DNA of 64,000 nt from positions 319,610,001 to 319,674,000 of the forward strand of contig OZ024741.1 of the NCBI GenBank assembly GCA_964016885.1, in the 5' to 3' direction. The stretch is from Eledone cirrhosa (lineage: Eukaryota). Both the position numbers and the translations under genes were made by a program. Shown one piece after another: positions 26,686 to 38,342 of the stretch; position 1 is the first letter of the stretch; each line of letters begins with the position of its first letter. The notes beneath the pieces are model-generated. The model saw only the letters and a list, made by a program, of their open reading frames with translations. It searched no databases and had not been told where the DNA came from.

Positions 26686-27730
26686 AGGGCAGGTAAAATT
26701 CCCGAGATAAAAAAAAATATATATATATATATACAATATATATATGCATGTATGTATCACGCCAAAAATCACCCAGCCCACACTGTAAAGTGGTCGTGTA
26801 GGAGAAACGGCAAAAAGTACCCAGTACAGACTGTAAATGTGGCTGCCATTAGGAAGTGTATTCAGCCATAGAAAACCTGTCTAACCCATGCTAGCGTGGA
26901 AGATCGGCATTAAACAACAATGATGATGATATAAGTATGCGACTGTTTGTGTTTGTGTGAGTGTATGTGTATCTGCAAGTATTGTCATAATTACACAAAT
27001 GGGTAAAACAAACCTGAATGCATGAATGCAGTGTTATATAATTTATTATAATCAAACAGCTCAGCTACATCAGTGATTAAATAGCCATATCACACATTAT
27101 GTGAACTTCTCTATGACTATTCTTGCTTTTCTGTGTCTCTTTTTTTGTTTTGATTTTCTATTTACTCCATCTTGTCCTTCTGATCTAAACAAAGAGATGC
27201 TCATTTGCATATAATGTGAACTTAATTGGCTAGGATTAATTAGGAGTAGCACATATATAGCATTGTTCACATGCAAAATATAACAATATAATAAGCTATA
27301 GGCTTATTTTGTCTGAAAATTGTGTGAGGAAATGGCACCAAAATGTCTCCTCTTTGATGTAACCTTGTTCTATTTTTTCGTCTTTGTCTTTTCTACTCAG
27401 TCATCAGAAAAATTTAAGCATAATAAAAAAAAATATCAATAAATTAAGCTCTTCTTTGATATTAAGCACTCATTCTTGCAACTGTTAATACTAAGCGAAA
27501 ATAAATATAAATAAAAATGTCTATATATACAAATATATATATATATGTATATGTATATATATATATAGATATATACACATATATATAAACATATATATAT
27601 ATCATCATCATCATCATCATCATCATCATAATCATCGTTTAACGTCCATGTTCCACGCTTGCATGGGTTTGGTCAGGAGTTTTCCCACTTGAGGCAAGAG
27701 TGGTTGTCTTGCTCGCATAGGACTGATACA

Positions 27731-27762
<32 letters not shown>

Positions 27763-27782
27763 AACATATATATACATATATA

Positions 27783-30193
27783 GAGAAAAAATTTACGAAA
27801 TGGAAATGCGGGTATATAGAATTTATTAGGTAATAATTGTTTCTATAGTGTATGAGTTACCTATATCTCGCTATTTGAATAATACACAAATATTATCAAA
27901 AACCGAAAGTACACTGTAAGCCAACACACCATGTCATCAGACCTTTGTATTAGAATGATATGAAAATATTTTATACACAAGATAAAAGATAAAGAAGGAG
28001 GTAGGAAGAGAAGGGGAGGAGGGAAGTGAGTAAGGTGGAGGGAGTCTTAGGGTTTAAGACTGTCAGACTAGTAGAGATTGTGAAGAGAGAATGTTTTGGC
28101 AGCTGTTAGCTTAATGAGGCGTGCTAAGGTTGGCTGGGAAGTAGATACTTCTAGTGGTGTTGTTCGGACAAAATTCAGTTAGAGGGGTCAAAGTGGTACA
28201 ATGTCACAGACAAGTTATTAGGGCTATTATAGTAGCAGGTTATTTCTAAAGGGGTCCAGAAAAACAGTGTTTAGTACTATTATTATAGAAAGCCATATCT
28301 AGTGTATAAACATATAAAACAGAAATTTGCAAACGTTGGTGTAAAAAGATAACATTATATGCATTTAAAAAAAGAAAAAGTCGTTTTCAAACGATGGTTA
28401 CAGTATAGAGAACGTTCAATTTTGCTGTTCAAAAGTTTGTTTACCGACGTTAAAATGCAGTATATCTCTAAGTTGCATAACTTGCAGAATCGCTGATTTT
28501 GCTGATATGCAGGCGCAGCTGCAATAATTTGCCAATCAAGGGAGAACGCTTGATTGTTCCTCCGAAGCTGCCAGGCTTTATCGGCGAGGGTTGTTACGGA
28601 GCGCATTTTCTCGTGCCTGATCGAAGATCGATGTTGGTATAGGCGAGCCTTGAAAGAAGTTGCGGTACATCCGACGTAATACCATTTGTTGGTCCCGGAA
28701 TTTATTGTACACCGGTAGACAATATTGCGTGCTAAGCACTGGTTATTCAGTGGGCACGTACCTGGTTTGGTGCAGTTACAACTATTTTTATGTTTTGCAG
28801 TAGAATCCTGGATAGTTTGGTGGGGTTGTGGTTGCGTGTTAGTGCGTTGCATGTTGCTATGCTGGTGCGCTGAGTCATTAGGGATGTACTTATTTAGTAT
28901 TGCTGAGATGAGTTTTCTAATTAGTTGTTCTATGTTAGGTGCAGTGGAGTATGAGAGTCTAATGGTGCGCGAGTTAAAGATTTTATAGTATTTATGTGAA
29001 GTTGTAAAGTGTTTATTGATTAGTGTATAGAATTGTGAGATAATCTTAGTGCTAATAGAAGAATTGTACACGGGGTTATACCATATGTACTCTCTACGTC
29101 TGACTCTATTTGCTGGTTTGCACCTGTTAGTATGCCTATTGATGTGTGTGTGTGGTGCAATACTAGTTCGACTTAGATGTGTTTTATTCCTAGTACTTAT
29201 GTGGTTATCGTCTAGATATTCAATTTTCTCGCAGTAACCAGCTTTTCTAAGTGCGTCATTATAATATTCAGCATGCTCGTTGAGGGTTTGCAAATTAGAC
29301 GACAGTCGGGAGATCCTTATGGATATATTTTTAGGGATAGATTTAATAATGGAATGAGGATGGTTCGATTTTACATTAACGTACTTAAGATTTTCATTAA
29401 GTTTGTGAAATGGCTCTATATTACCGTTATTAAGGTTTAAGGTAACATCCAAGAAGTTGACCTCCTTAAGATTGTGTTCAAAGGTAATATTAAGCCCTAG
29501 TTCTAAGAAAAGTTTCCTAATGTTTTTACGCCGCCTTTCTAGGTTTTGTTTGTTCATATTCTTGACTAATAGAAGTGTATCGTCGCGGTATATTCCGCCG
29601 TGGAGGTCCGTAAATTCGCTCTGGAGTCTATGGGCTATATAGATCCTTTGTATATGACATTGTACCACTTTGACCCCTCTAACTGAATTTTGTCCGAACA
29701 ACACCACTAGAAGTATCTACTTCCCAGCCAACCTTAGCACGCCTCATTAAGCTAACTGCTGCCAAAACATTCTCTCTTCACAATCTCTACTAGTCTGAGT
29801 CTTAAACCCTAAGACTCCCTCCACCTTACTCACTTCCCTCTTCCCCTTCTCTTCCTACCTCCTTCTTTATCTTTTATCTAGTGTATAAAATATTTTCATA
29901 TCATTCTAATACAAAGGTCTGATGACATGGTGTGTTGGCTTACAGTGTACTTTCGGTTTTTGATAATATTTGTGTATTATTCAAATAGCGAGGTATAGGT
30001 AACTCATACACTATAGAAACAATTATTACCTAATATAAATTCTATATACCCGCATTTCCATTTCGTAAATTTTTTCTCCATATTTTCTCCGGATTTTAAA
30101 ACACACTTTATTATACGTTGAGCAATCTCTGACGTCAGTTGACTCCATCCAATGCAACTACTTAGTAACATTGGAATACAAATTATCTAATTC
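27783..30193 (-). mobile_element. Penelope-like element, 5'-truncated, with ~424-bp inverted pLTR arms (27783-28206 and 29655-30078); partial RT plus GIY-YIG ORF (28355-29654)
   Basis: GIYRDD, VNFLDVTLNL, YVNVKSNHP, IWYNP, NIVYRC...YYVGCT..FKARL..H, CKLCNLE. Arms are reverse complements with few differences; the element is embedded in (TA)n. Confidence 0.92.
29915..30031 (+). ncRNA. HHR-like motif with 90-nt stem II region (mirror copy 27828-27944, minus strand)
   Basis: AGGT-CTGATGA-cATGGTGTGT...ATACACTATa-GAAA-CAATTA-TT-ACCT. Stem III is one mismatch from ACAATTGT. Confidence 0.55.
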
Positions 30194-30199
30194 TATACA

Positions 30200-30240
<41 letters not shown>

Positions 30241-30334
30241 GTACAGATATATATATATGTACATATATATATAGACAAATATATATATATGTACATATAT
30301 ATATATATATATACTTATATATAGTAATAATAAT

Positions 30335-31603
30335 AAAATTGAAGACTAAAATCCAGAGAGGGCTCGATAAGGAAAATATATATCAAATATATAAGAACCG
30401 AAGAGCAAATATTTATTAAAATAACAGATTAAAGTTTAAGCAAAGAATCGCTGCTTTCACCCTTAACGGGATCTTCTGAAACTAACAAAGTCAATCTGTA
30501 AACGCAGAACTGGATATTTCAAAAAACGTTGCAACCGGAGGAAGACAGGAAGACGATACTTTGGTTCATGGTGACGTTCGCTGGCAAAGAACGGGAAAAA
30601 ACGAATAATACGTCATTAATAGGAGCGGTGAAAAACAATTACGCGCAAAGACAGAACCACGTTTATGGTATAAAAGAGGTCGTAGATTAATGTTCTCTAA
30701 GTGGTGCATAGAGACGTTCTCTGGCAATGAACGAAAAAACGAAGATAATAAGTCATATGTGGAGCGTGGAGAACAATAGCGTGCAAAGACAAAACCACGT
30801 AAATGGTATAGCAGAAGTCGTAGACTAAAATTCTAACTAGGAGACCGAATGAATCTCCGCTACAGAGTTAAGAACAAAGTAAATAAATACAATACAGAAG
30901 TAATAGGAACAAATAAATACATACACGCAAACAGATACGTACATACACAAGCATACGCAAAACCTTACCATAGGTATACAAAACCACGCACATATAAATA
31001 TGTGTATGTGTGTATGCTTGTGTACAAATAAATAAATAATTATATAAACGTATATAAGTAAATAAATACGTATATAACAAGCGCACACACATACCTACAA
31101 ATAAATACATGAAGGTTCGGAGACGTAAGTCAACTTTGTTCTTAACTCTGTAGCGGAGATTCATTCGGTCTCCTAGTTAGAATTTTAGTCTACGACTTCT
31201 GCTATACCATTTACGTGGTTTTGTCTTTGCACGCTATTGTTCTCCACGCTCCACATATGACTTATTATCTTCGTTTTTTCGTTCATTGCCAGAGAACGTC
31301 TCTATGCACCACTTAGAGAACATTAGTCTACGACCTCTTTTATACCATAAACGTGGTTCTGTCCTTGCACGTAATTGTTTTTCACCGCTCCTATTAATGA
31401 CGTATTATTCGTTTTTTCCCGTTCTTTGCCAGCGAACGTCACCATGAACCAAAGTATCGTCTTCCTGTCTTCCTCCGGTTGCAACGTTTTTTGAAATATC
31501 CAGTTCTGCGTTTACAGATTGACTTTGTTAGTTTCAGAAGATCCCGTTAAAGGTGAAAGCAGCGATTCTTTGCTTAAACTTTAATCTGTTATTTTAATAA
31601 ATA
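30335..31603. mobile_element. Non-coding PLE-type fold-back element (arms ~30410-30880 and ~31133-31603) with internal ~135-bp subrepeats
   Basis: Long inverted arms, a one-sided terminal extension, an HHR variant in each arm and (TA)n flanks. Same family as 46801-47860. Confidence 0.8.
31530..31580 (+). ncRNA. Hammerhead ribozyme variant with CAGAAGA core (copies 30433-30483 minus, 46824-46874 minus, 47712-47762 plus)
   Basis: AGTTT-CAGAAGA-tCCC-gttaa-(G/A)GGt-GAAA-GCAG(C/A)GATTCTTTGC-TT-AAACT; all three stems can form. Confidence 0.65.
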
Positions 31604-31605
31604 TA

Positions 31606-31734
<129 letters not shown>

Positions 31735-31848
31735 ATATCACGCTGAAAACACCGGTTCTCATCCGATCACCGAAGTTAAGCAACGTCGACGTCGAGCCTA
31801 GTTAGTACGTAGACGGGTGACCGCTTGGGAACCCTAGGTGCCGTAAGC
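31735..31848 (+). pseudogene. 5S rRNA-derived pseudogene, slightly 5'-truncated
   Basis: CACGCTGAAAACACCGGTTCTCATCCGATCACCGAAGTTAAGCAACGTCG...GTTAGTAC.TAGA.GGGTGACCGC.TGGGAA matches invertebrate 5S; contains a 6-nt duplication (CGTCGA twice). Confidence 0.88.
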
Positions 31849-31909
31849 GTTTAATTTTTGTCTAGCATGGAAGAACGGACGTAAAACGGTGATGATGATA
31901 TATATAAAT

Positions 31910-31966
<57 letters not shown>

Positions 31967-32592
31967 TACATATATATATATATATATCTCATGTTTTTTA
32001 TACATATTTACCTCGGCTGCATTTGTCTGTTTCTCTCTTATTGCATTCCCGTTCTCTATGTTGCTCTCACCTTCTTTCGCCCCCTCTGTCAGTTACACTT
32101 TCTCTCGACTGACCTCTTCCTCGCACTTCCACTCACTCACTCTCTGTTTCTCCCCTTCTCACTTCCTCCCATTTGGCTAGTGTGGGGTCTCTTCTTGCTC
32201 ACATCTCACTCACGTCGGACGGTCTGTATCTTGATCGCTCATGAAATCCATCCAGATTATGCTGACCGGATAACCATGTTGCTTGTTTATTTTCCTATTT
32301 TCGGTTTGCTTTTATCCTTCTATGTTGTTTACTTGTCTCACTCGCTTTACGCGATTTACTTGTCCCAATAGCTTTTTTTAGTTATTGCTCGCACCAACCT
32401 GAGGTATATGATTTTTAATGCGATGAAATATCAATGATGGTTGGCAAATCACTGACGAGGGACTAATTTTATCATATGTAACCCATGTACAACCACGCAG
32501 TATTCTTCTTTCTTCTCATGTTTTATATATATATATATATATATATACATATATACATATATATAAATATATAGAAAATATACATATATATA

Positions 32593-32988
32593 TACGAGGG
32601 CAATCCCAAAAGTAAGGTCTCCTTCCGATATTGCAACTTTTCCGTTAAAATCCTGTGGATGGTGCTTCGGGAAACCTCAGGAACCAAAATGCAGAGACCA
32701 TCCAGAGTGATCCGCCGATCTTTACGCATGTTTTCCTCGGAAGGAGACCCTACTTTTGGGATTGCCCTCTATATAATAACTGCGCGAAATTTGCACTTGG
32801 TGGTAGCATTCAACGGGAGCTCCATTCTCAACGGCTGCCAAGTCAAGATTGAGCATCCCAGCGAAGCGCGCGCATGCTTGTTTGGGAGCGAAGGAAGCAC
32901 CAATCACAACAGTGTTGCCAACAACCATACGAACAGCTTCTCTGCGTCCCCATCGCTTTGGAGACCTTATTTTGGGATTACCCTCATA
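32593..32988 (-). mobile_element. Rearranged mariner element with three TIR copies
   Basis: TIR TA-CGAGGGCAATCCCAAAAGTAAGGTCTCC at 32593-32622, inverted copies at 32743-32771 and 32960-32988. Minus-strand transposase pieces MELPLNATTKCKFRAVI and DRRITLDGL..LVPEVSRSTIHRILTEKLQYRK. Confidence 0.85.
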
Positions 32989-32989
32989 C

Positions 32990-33020
<31 letters not shown>

Positions 33021-33093
33021 AATATACATATATATATAAATATATATATACATATATATACAAATATATATACATATATATATATATATAAAT

Positions 33094-33126
<33 letters not shown>

Positions 33127-33415
33127 CATATATCATCATCACCGTTTTACGTCCGTTCTTCCATCCTAGCATGGGTTAGACGGGTTGTCCTGTTGTGGGC
33201 AGTGTCTGGTCAGCTGAGCATGCCTTGCTCATACAGGAACTGATTTTGGCTTGATTTCTACTGCTGAATGCTCTTCCTAACACCAACCTCATTTACAGTG
33301 AGTGCTGGGTGCTTTTTTCCGTAGCGCCTACACGTCCATTTTATATATATTTTAAAATAACAGGAGGCTGGACTGGTGTAATAAACATAGTATAATAAAC
33401 CTTAAAAGGTTTATT

Positions 33416-33473
33416 ATACTATGATCATTTCAATGACCGGGTTCCGTATGAATCCGGTGATATCATCAGGTAT
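33416..33473 (-). ncRNA. Type I minimal hammerhead ribozyme at the end of a ~1 kb non-autonomous PLE-like segment (~33355-34330)
   Basis: ATAC-CTGATGA-tatcACCGGaTTCatacgGAAcCCGGTcatt-GAAA-TGATCA-TA-GTAT; palindromic stem III ATGATCAT. Confidence 0.78.
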
Positions 33474-34430
33474 TCGAAATATAACAAAGGAATATAATAG
33501 ACAAAATCCATGGACAAAATAATAGACAAAAAGAGACATGAGGGCAGCCGAACATTTAGCAGCTTCTACCGGGGTGGGTGATGGGCGGTGTTGGTGCCTG
33601 TTGCCGTTGCCATTGTTGTTGTTACTATTTATGGTCATGGTGATTGTTACCATGATTGACCACCAACTCTGTGTATCCACCTACCTCTAAACTCCTTTTT
33701 AATGCTTTGGCATTATCACTGTTTACAGTAGACAGGGTGGTACCGTCACTGCGACGACTACGACCTGTATACACGACGCTGGTCTGTGTTTTTGCTGTTG
33801 TTGTCGTTTGCTGCTGTTGTTGTCGTTGTAAGTGTTTTACTGTAGCTGTTGCTTTAGTTGTTGTTATCAATAGGGTGGTGGTATCAGCACGACTATTGCG
33901 ACCAGTGTGGACAACATTCGTTGGCGGTTTGATGTTATTGTCATTGTTGTTGTTGTAGTTGTTGCTGTAGTTGTTGTCTATAGGTGGTTGTCAACTAAAT
34001 ATATACCCCACCCCCACCCTAAGAGCTCCATTTATTGCTTCAACTGTCTACTGGGTTTTGGCTGCACACAGTTCTTCGTTCTTTTTTCGCTGATAGCTTT
34101 TTCTAGCAAACAAGACGGTTGGCAAACTCTTCAAGGAACCCATATGTATGCTGGGCGCACAGGCATTAGGACGTGTGTTTTCCTGCCAGCGACATATCAA
34201 ATATATTGATTTTCTTCTGAGGAGACCGTTCTCATAATCAACAGAAAATGCATGAAGGACATCTCGATTGCATGGAGAACGGTGGAAATAATTATTATGA
34301 TTAAATGATATATGTAACCTCAGCATCTTATTTTGTTATTTATATATATATATATATATATACAAATATATAAATATACATGTATGAGTATATATACACA
34401 CACACATATATATATATACATATATATACA

Positions 34431-34509
<79 letters not shown>

Positions 34510-36770
34510 GGAAGTGGTTACACAACAGTTAGTTCACCATACCGAGAACAATTGTTTCACCTTAGCAGATCCTCAGCTCGGAATGGGCATGGTTATAGGA
34601 ACAGGAAGGACAACCGTATGAACGCGCATGCGCAGAAACCCGATCACTTCACACAGGCAATACTAGACTGCGTGCAAGAGGTGTAAGGGAGATAACTGCG
34701 AAAGTCTGAAAAGTTTCTAGGTTGAAAATAAAATTACAAAGAACGCTATTACTTCTAAATATAAGAAATCTAACCCTATGGCCTACCACGACATTAATAC
34801 AGAAGCCAAGGAACTTGCCGCCGACCTTAAGGTAGATAAGAAGCTACAATCTCTAGCTAAGTGGGAGGCGTTCCTCACCCTGAAAGATCACAAGATAGAT
34901 TTTACCCCACATGTAGACTAATAAACCCGGCACGCAGAGATATGGGACTAGTCAGTAAGGCCATACTTAGAAACATAGTTAAGACCATTAGGACCAAGTC
35001 CAACCTGCCCCAGTGGGAGAACAGCGACTCCGTAATTAAGTGGTTTAACTCCTTAAAATCCCAAAAAGCGAAGTTCACACAGTTTGACATTGTCGATTTT
35101 TACCTGTCGATATCAGAGACCCTGTTAAACAAAGCGTTGGACTTCGCTACCACTTATACCACGTCAATGGTTTAGACAGGGAAATTATCGCTCACTGCCG
35201 GAAAACCCTCCTCTTCAACGACGGAGTAGCCTGGGCAAAGAAGTCTACATCTTCAGACCTGTTCGACATCTCCATGGAATCGTTTGACAGTGCTGACGTA
35301 TGTGACCTGGTTGACCTATTTATTTTAAACATATTACGTGTTAGATTCCCGGACTTCACACAGGAATATACCGCGACGATGGACTGACTTTATCAAGCCA
35401 TAAAAGTGGTTATGACCTCGACCGGTTTAAAAAAGACTTAGCTTCTACCTTCAATGAGTTAGGACTTAGGATAACAGTAGCCACCAACCTCTCTAGCGTA
35501 AATTTCTTAGACATTAATTTAGACCTTCGCACACCCACCCACAGACCCTTCCATAAGCTAAACGAGAAACTCAATTACATTCACAAGGACTCATGCCACC
35601 CTCCCACTGCTTTTAGAAACTTTGTTAAGAATATCAGTACTAGAATCTCAAACCTCTCCTCTAATAAGGCTATCTTTGACAGGGCGGCACCCTACTATAA
35701 CACGGCGTTGGCTAACAGCGGTTTCTCACAACCTATCACCTACTCTCCCACTAGCAACAACACCATTAAGAAAAGTAAGCGCAACAATAGACAAACTATC
35801 TGGTTCTCTCCTCCCATCTCACTCAACATTAAAACCAATGTAGGAAAGAAATTTCTAGCCCTCTTAGATAGACACTTTCCCATAGGTCATAAATACCGCT
35901 CCATCTTTAACCGACACAAAGTTAAACTAGGATAGTCCTGCGCTAAGAACATGAAGGCCCACATCACCAGCAGCCGTAGGAGCAACACCCCACCAGGGTG
36001 CTCTTGCCGTAAGCCTGCGGCTTGCCCCCTTCAACAGCAATGCAACACACCAGCTGTAATTTATGAAGCTGTGGTCACTTTCAACCGACCAAACGAATCA
36101 CAGGAGGTCAAATCCTATGAGGGCATGGCGGAGGGCCGATTTAAGAAACGTTTCCTGAACCACCAGTCCACCTTCAGGTACTCGGACAGACGTTCATCCA
36201 CGAAACTCGCGAGCCACGTATGGTCCCTCAAGGACTCAAGTATAGACTACTCCATTCAATGGAAAGCCATCACTAAGTCCAAGCCATACACAAGGGGAAA
36301 ACTGACGTGTGGCTTATGTATTGACGAACGAATAACTATTCTAAAGAGATTACGCAACAATAGACAAACTATCTGGTTCTCTCCTCCCTTCTCACTCAAA
36401 TGAGAAATGAATTTTTCACACGTTGTCCACACGTCGCCAAACACCTATTGCATAACTACAAGGCTCTGGACTGATTCTTTGTTATTTTATTTTCAACCTA
36501 GAAACTTTTCGGACTTTCGCACTTATCTCCCTTACACCTCTCACATGCAGTCTTGTATTGCCTGTGTGAAGTGACCGGGTTTCTGCGCATGCGCGTTCAT
36601 ACGGTTGTCCTTCCTGTTCCTATAACCATGCCCATTCTGAGCTGAGGATCCGCTAAGGTGAAACAATTGTTCTCGGTATGGTGAACTAACTGTTGTGTAA
36701 CCACTTGTACCTAACTCGTCCCACAGACTGAGTGCTCTACCACTACAGATATTACCTTCCCGTGTTCCAC

Positions 36771-36773
<3 letters not shown>
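34510..36773 (+). mobile_element. Penelope-like element, 5'-truncated and frameshifted, with inverted pLTR arms (~34512-34733 and ~36485-36706)
   Basis: TLKDHK, CRLINP, QFDIVDFY.SI, GIYRDDGL, NFLDINLDL, IWFSPP, VIYEA...SYEGM (GIY-YIG), CGLC; (TA)n flanks. Confidence 0.9.
36637..36676 (+). ncRNA. Type I minimal hammerhead ribozyme in pLTR (mirror copy 34542-34581, minus strand)
   Basis: C(T/C)GAG-CTGAGGA-tCC-gctaa-GGt-GAAA-CAATTG-TT-CTCGG; palindromic stem III ACAATTGT. Confidence 0.8.
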
Positions 36774-36869
<96 letters not shown>

Positions 36870-36895
36870 AATATATATATACACACACATATATT

Positions 36896-36927
<32 letters not shown>

Positions 36928-36947
36928 TATATATATATACACACACA

Positions 36948-37009
<62 letters not shown>

Positions 37010-37094
37010 CACACATATTTTTATATATATATATAAAAATGTGTATATATATATATATATATATGGACGTTAAATGATGATGATGATGATGATG

Positions 37095-37127
<33 letters not shown>

Positions 37128-37670
37128 CAGACAGAGATAGATTATGTGCATGTGTATGAATGTGTGTATGCATGTTTAAGTGTGTGTGGTGGGTGTCTTT
37201 GACTATATATATATATAAAGCTGTGTTTCATTTGCTGACTTGTAATATGCACCATTCTGTTTTCTTTGATCTGAAGCAACCACAATCCATTAAAAAAAAG
37301 TACTTCCACAGTTATTGCTGATTAAGTGGGTATGTTGAAACTCACAAAACACTTCAGGGTAACAGTTTGAGAAATCTCTATGCCTATTCATTATCTCATT
37401 ACAGAACATTTATTGAATATTGGACATAGAATGATTAGGACATTTTTGCCTGCTTATTTGTAGATTTACCTATAGTTATATTTGTATTACTGTCTCTTTC
37501 TTTTTCTCCTCTCACATCTCTCTCAGTACACACACATATGACATATGTGTATGCAGCACGCTGCTCCAGACATGGATGATTATCTAGTACAAGTGAAATT
37601 CAAATATTAATCAATCAATCAACATATATATTCACACACATAAATATGTGTTTATATATATATATATATA

Positions 37671-37838
37671 TAATGAAGGAGGTCTGGTAATGAACCAGAT
37701 GGACCATAACACACCAGAGTACTCAATACTTAGGGTAGTAGAGTGGGTAATAGGGAAATGTTTAACCTCGACGGCAGAGCTCAAGCCGTTTCGACGGCTA
37801 TTTCTGGAAATAGCCGTCGAAACGGGGTTAAACATTTT

Positions 37839-37840
<2 letters not shown>
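37671..37840 (-). mobile_element. Short PLE-type fold-back insertion (family also at 46299-46492 and 50668-50726) containing the 3' half of an HHR
   Basis: Sense strand TAGCCGTC-GAAA-CGGCTTGAGCTC(A/T)GCCG-TC-G(A/G)GGT; hairpin centred at ~37805. Confidence 0.7.
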
Positions 37841-37904
<64 letters not shown>

Positions 37905-37910
<6 letters not shown>

Positions 37911-38340
37911 AAGAATGAAGGTTAACATTGTTGGCTGTACAATAAGGGCTTTATTTAAAGTACTGACAGTTGTTTTGTTGATCATGTGGGTCTAGAGTTC
38001 GCTAATCGCTTGAGGTTGTGTTATTCGATCGCCAATACATTATTCACCTCTGTAATAATGTATTGGAGATCGAATAACGCAACCTCAAGCGATTAGCGAA
38101 CTCTAGACCCACATGATCAACGAAACAATTGTTAGTACTTTAAATAAAGCCCTTATTGTACAGCCAACCATGTTAATCTTCATTCTTTAACTATTATTAC
38201 TCCAAGTATAACCTGCATAGAAACTACCGCGAACTCGCTGCATGGTGAGTAAAAAAAAGGCGTACGTTAAAACTATCCACGACGCAGAGCACTCACAACC
38301 TCTAACTGGATTACCTATAACGATAACTTGTTATCCCATA
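37905..38340 (+). mobile_element. PLE-type fold-back insertion: 140-bp arms (37905-38044 and 38054-38193) plus 3' extension
   Basis: Inverted arms with a few mismatches. The right arm has GAAACAATTGTT (HHR 3' half) at 38122-38133; the extension contains ATG-GTGAGT. Confidence 0.75.
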
Positions 38341-38342
38341 TA

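Noticed and set aside
32394-32444. HHR-like CCAAC-CTGAGGT...GAAA...GTTGG
   Set aside because: The core deviates and stems II and III pair poorly; at most a decayed pLTR remnant.
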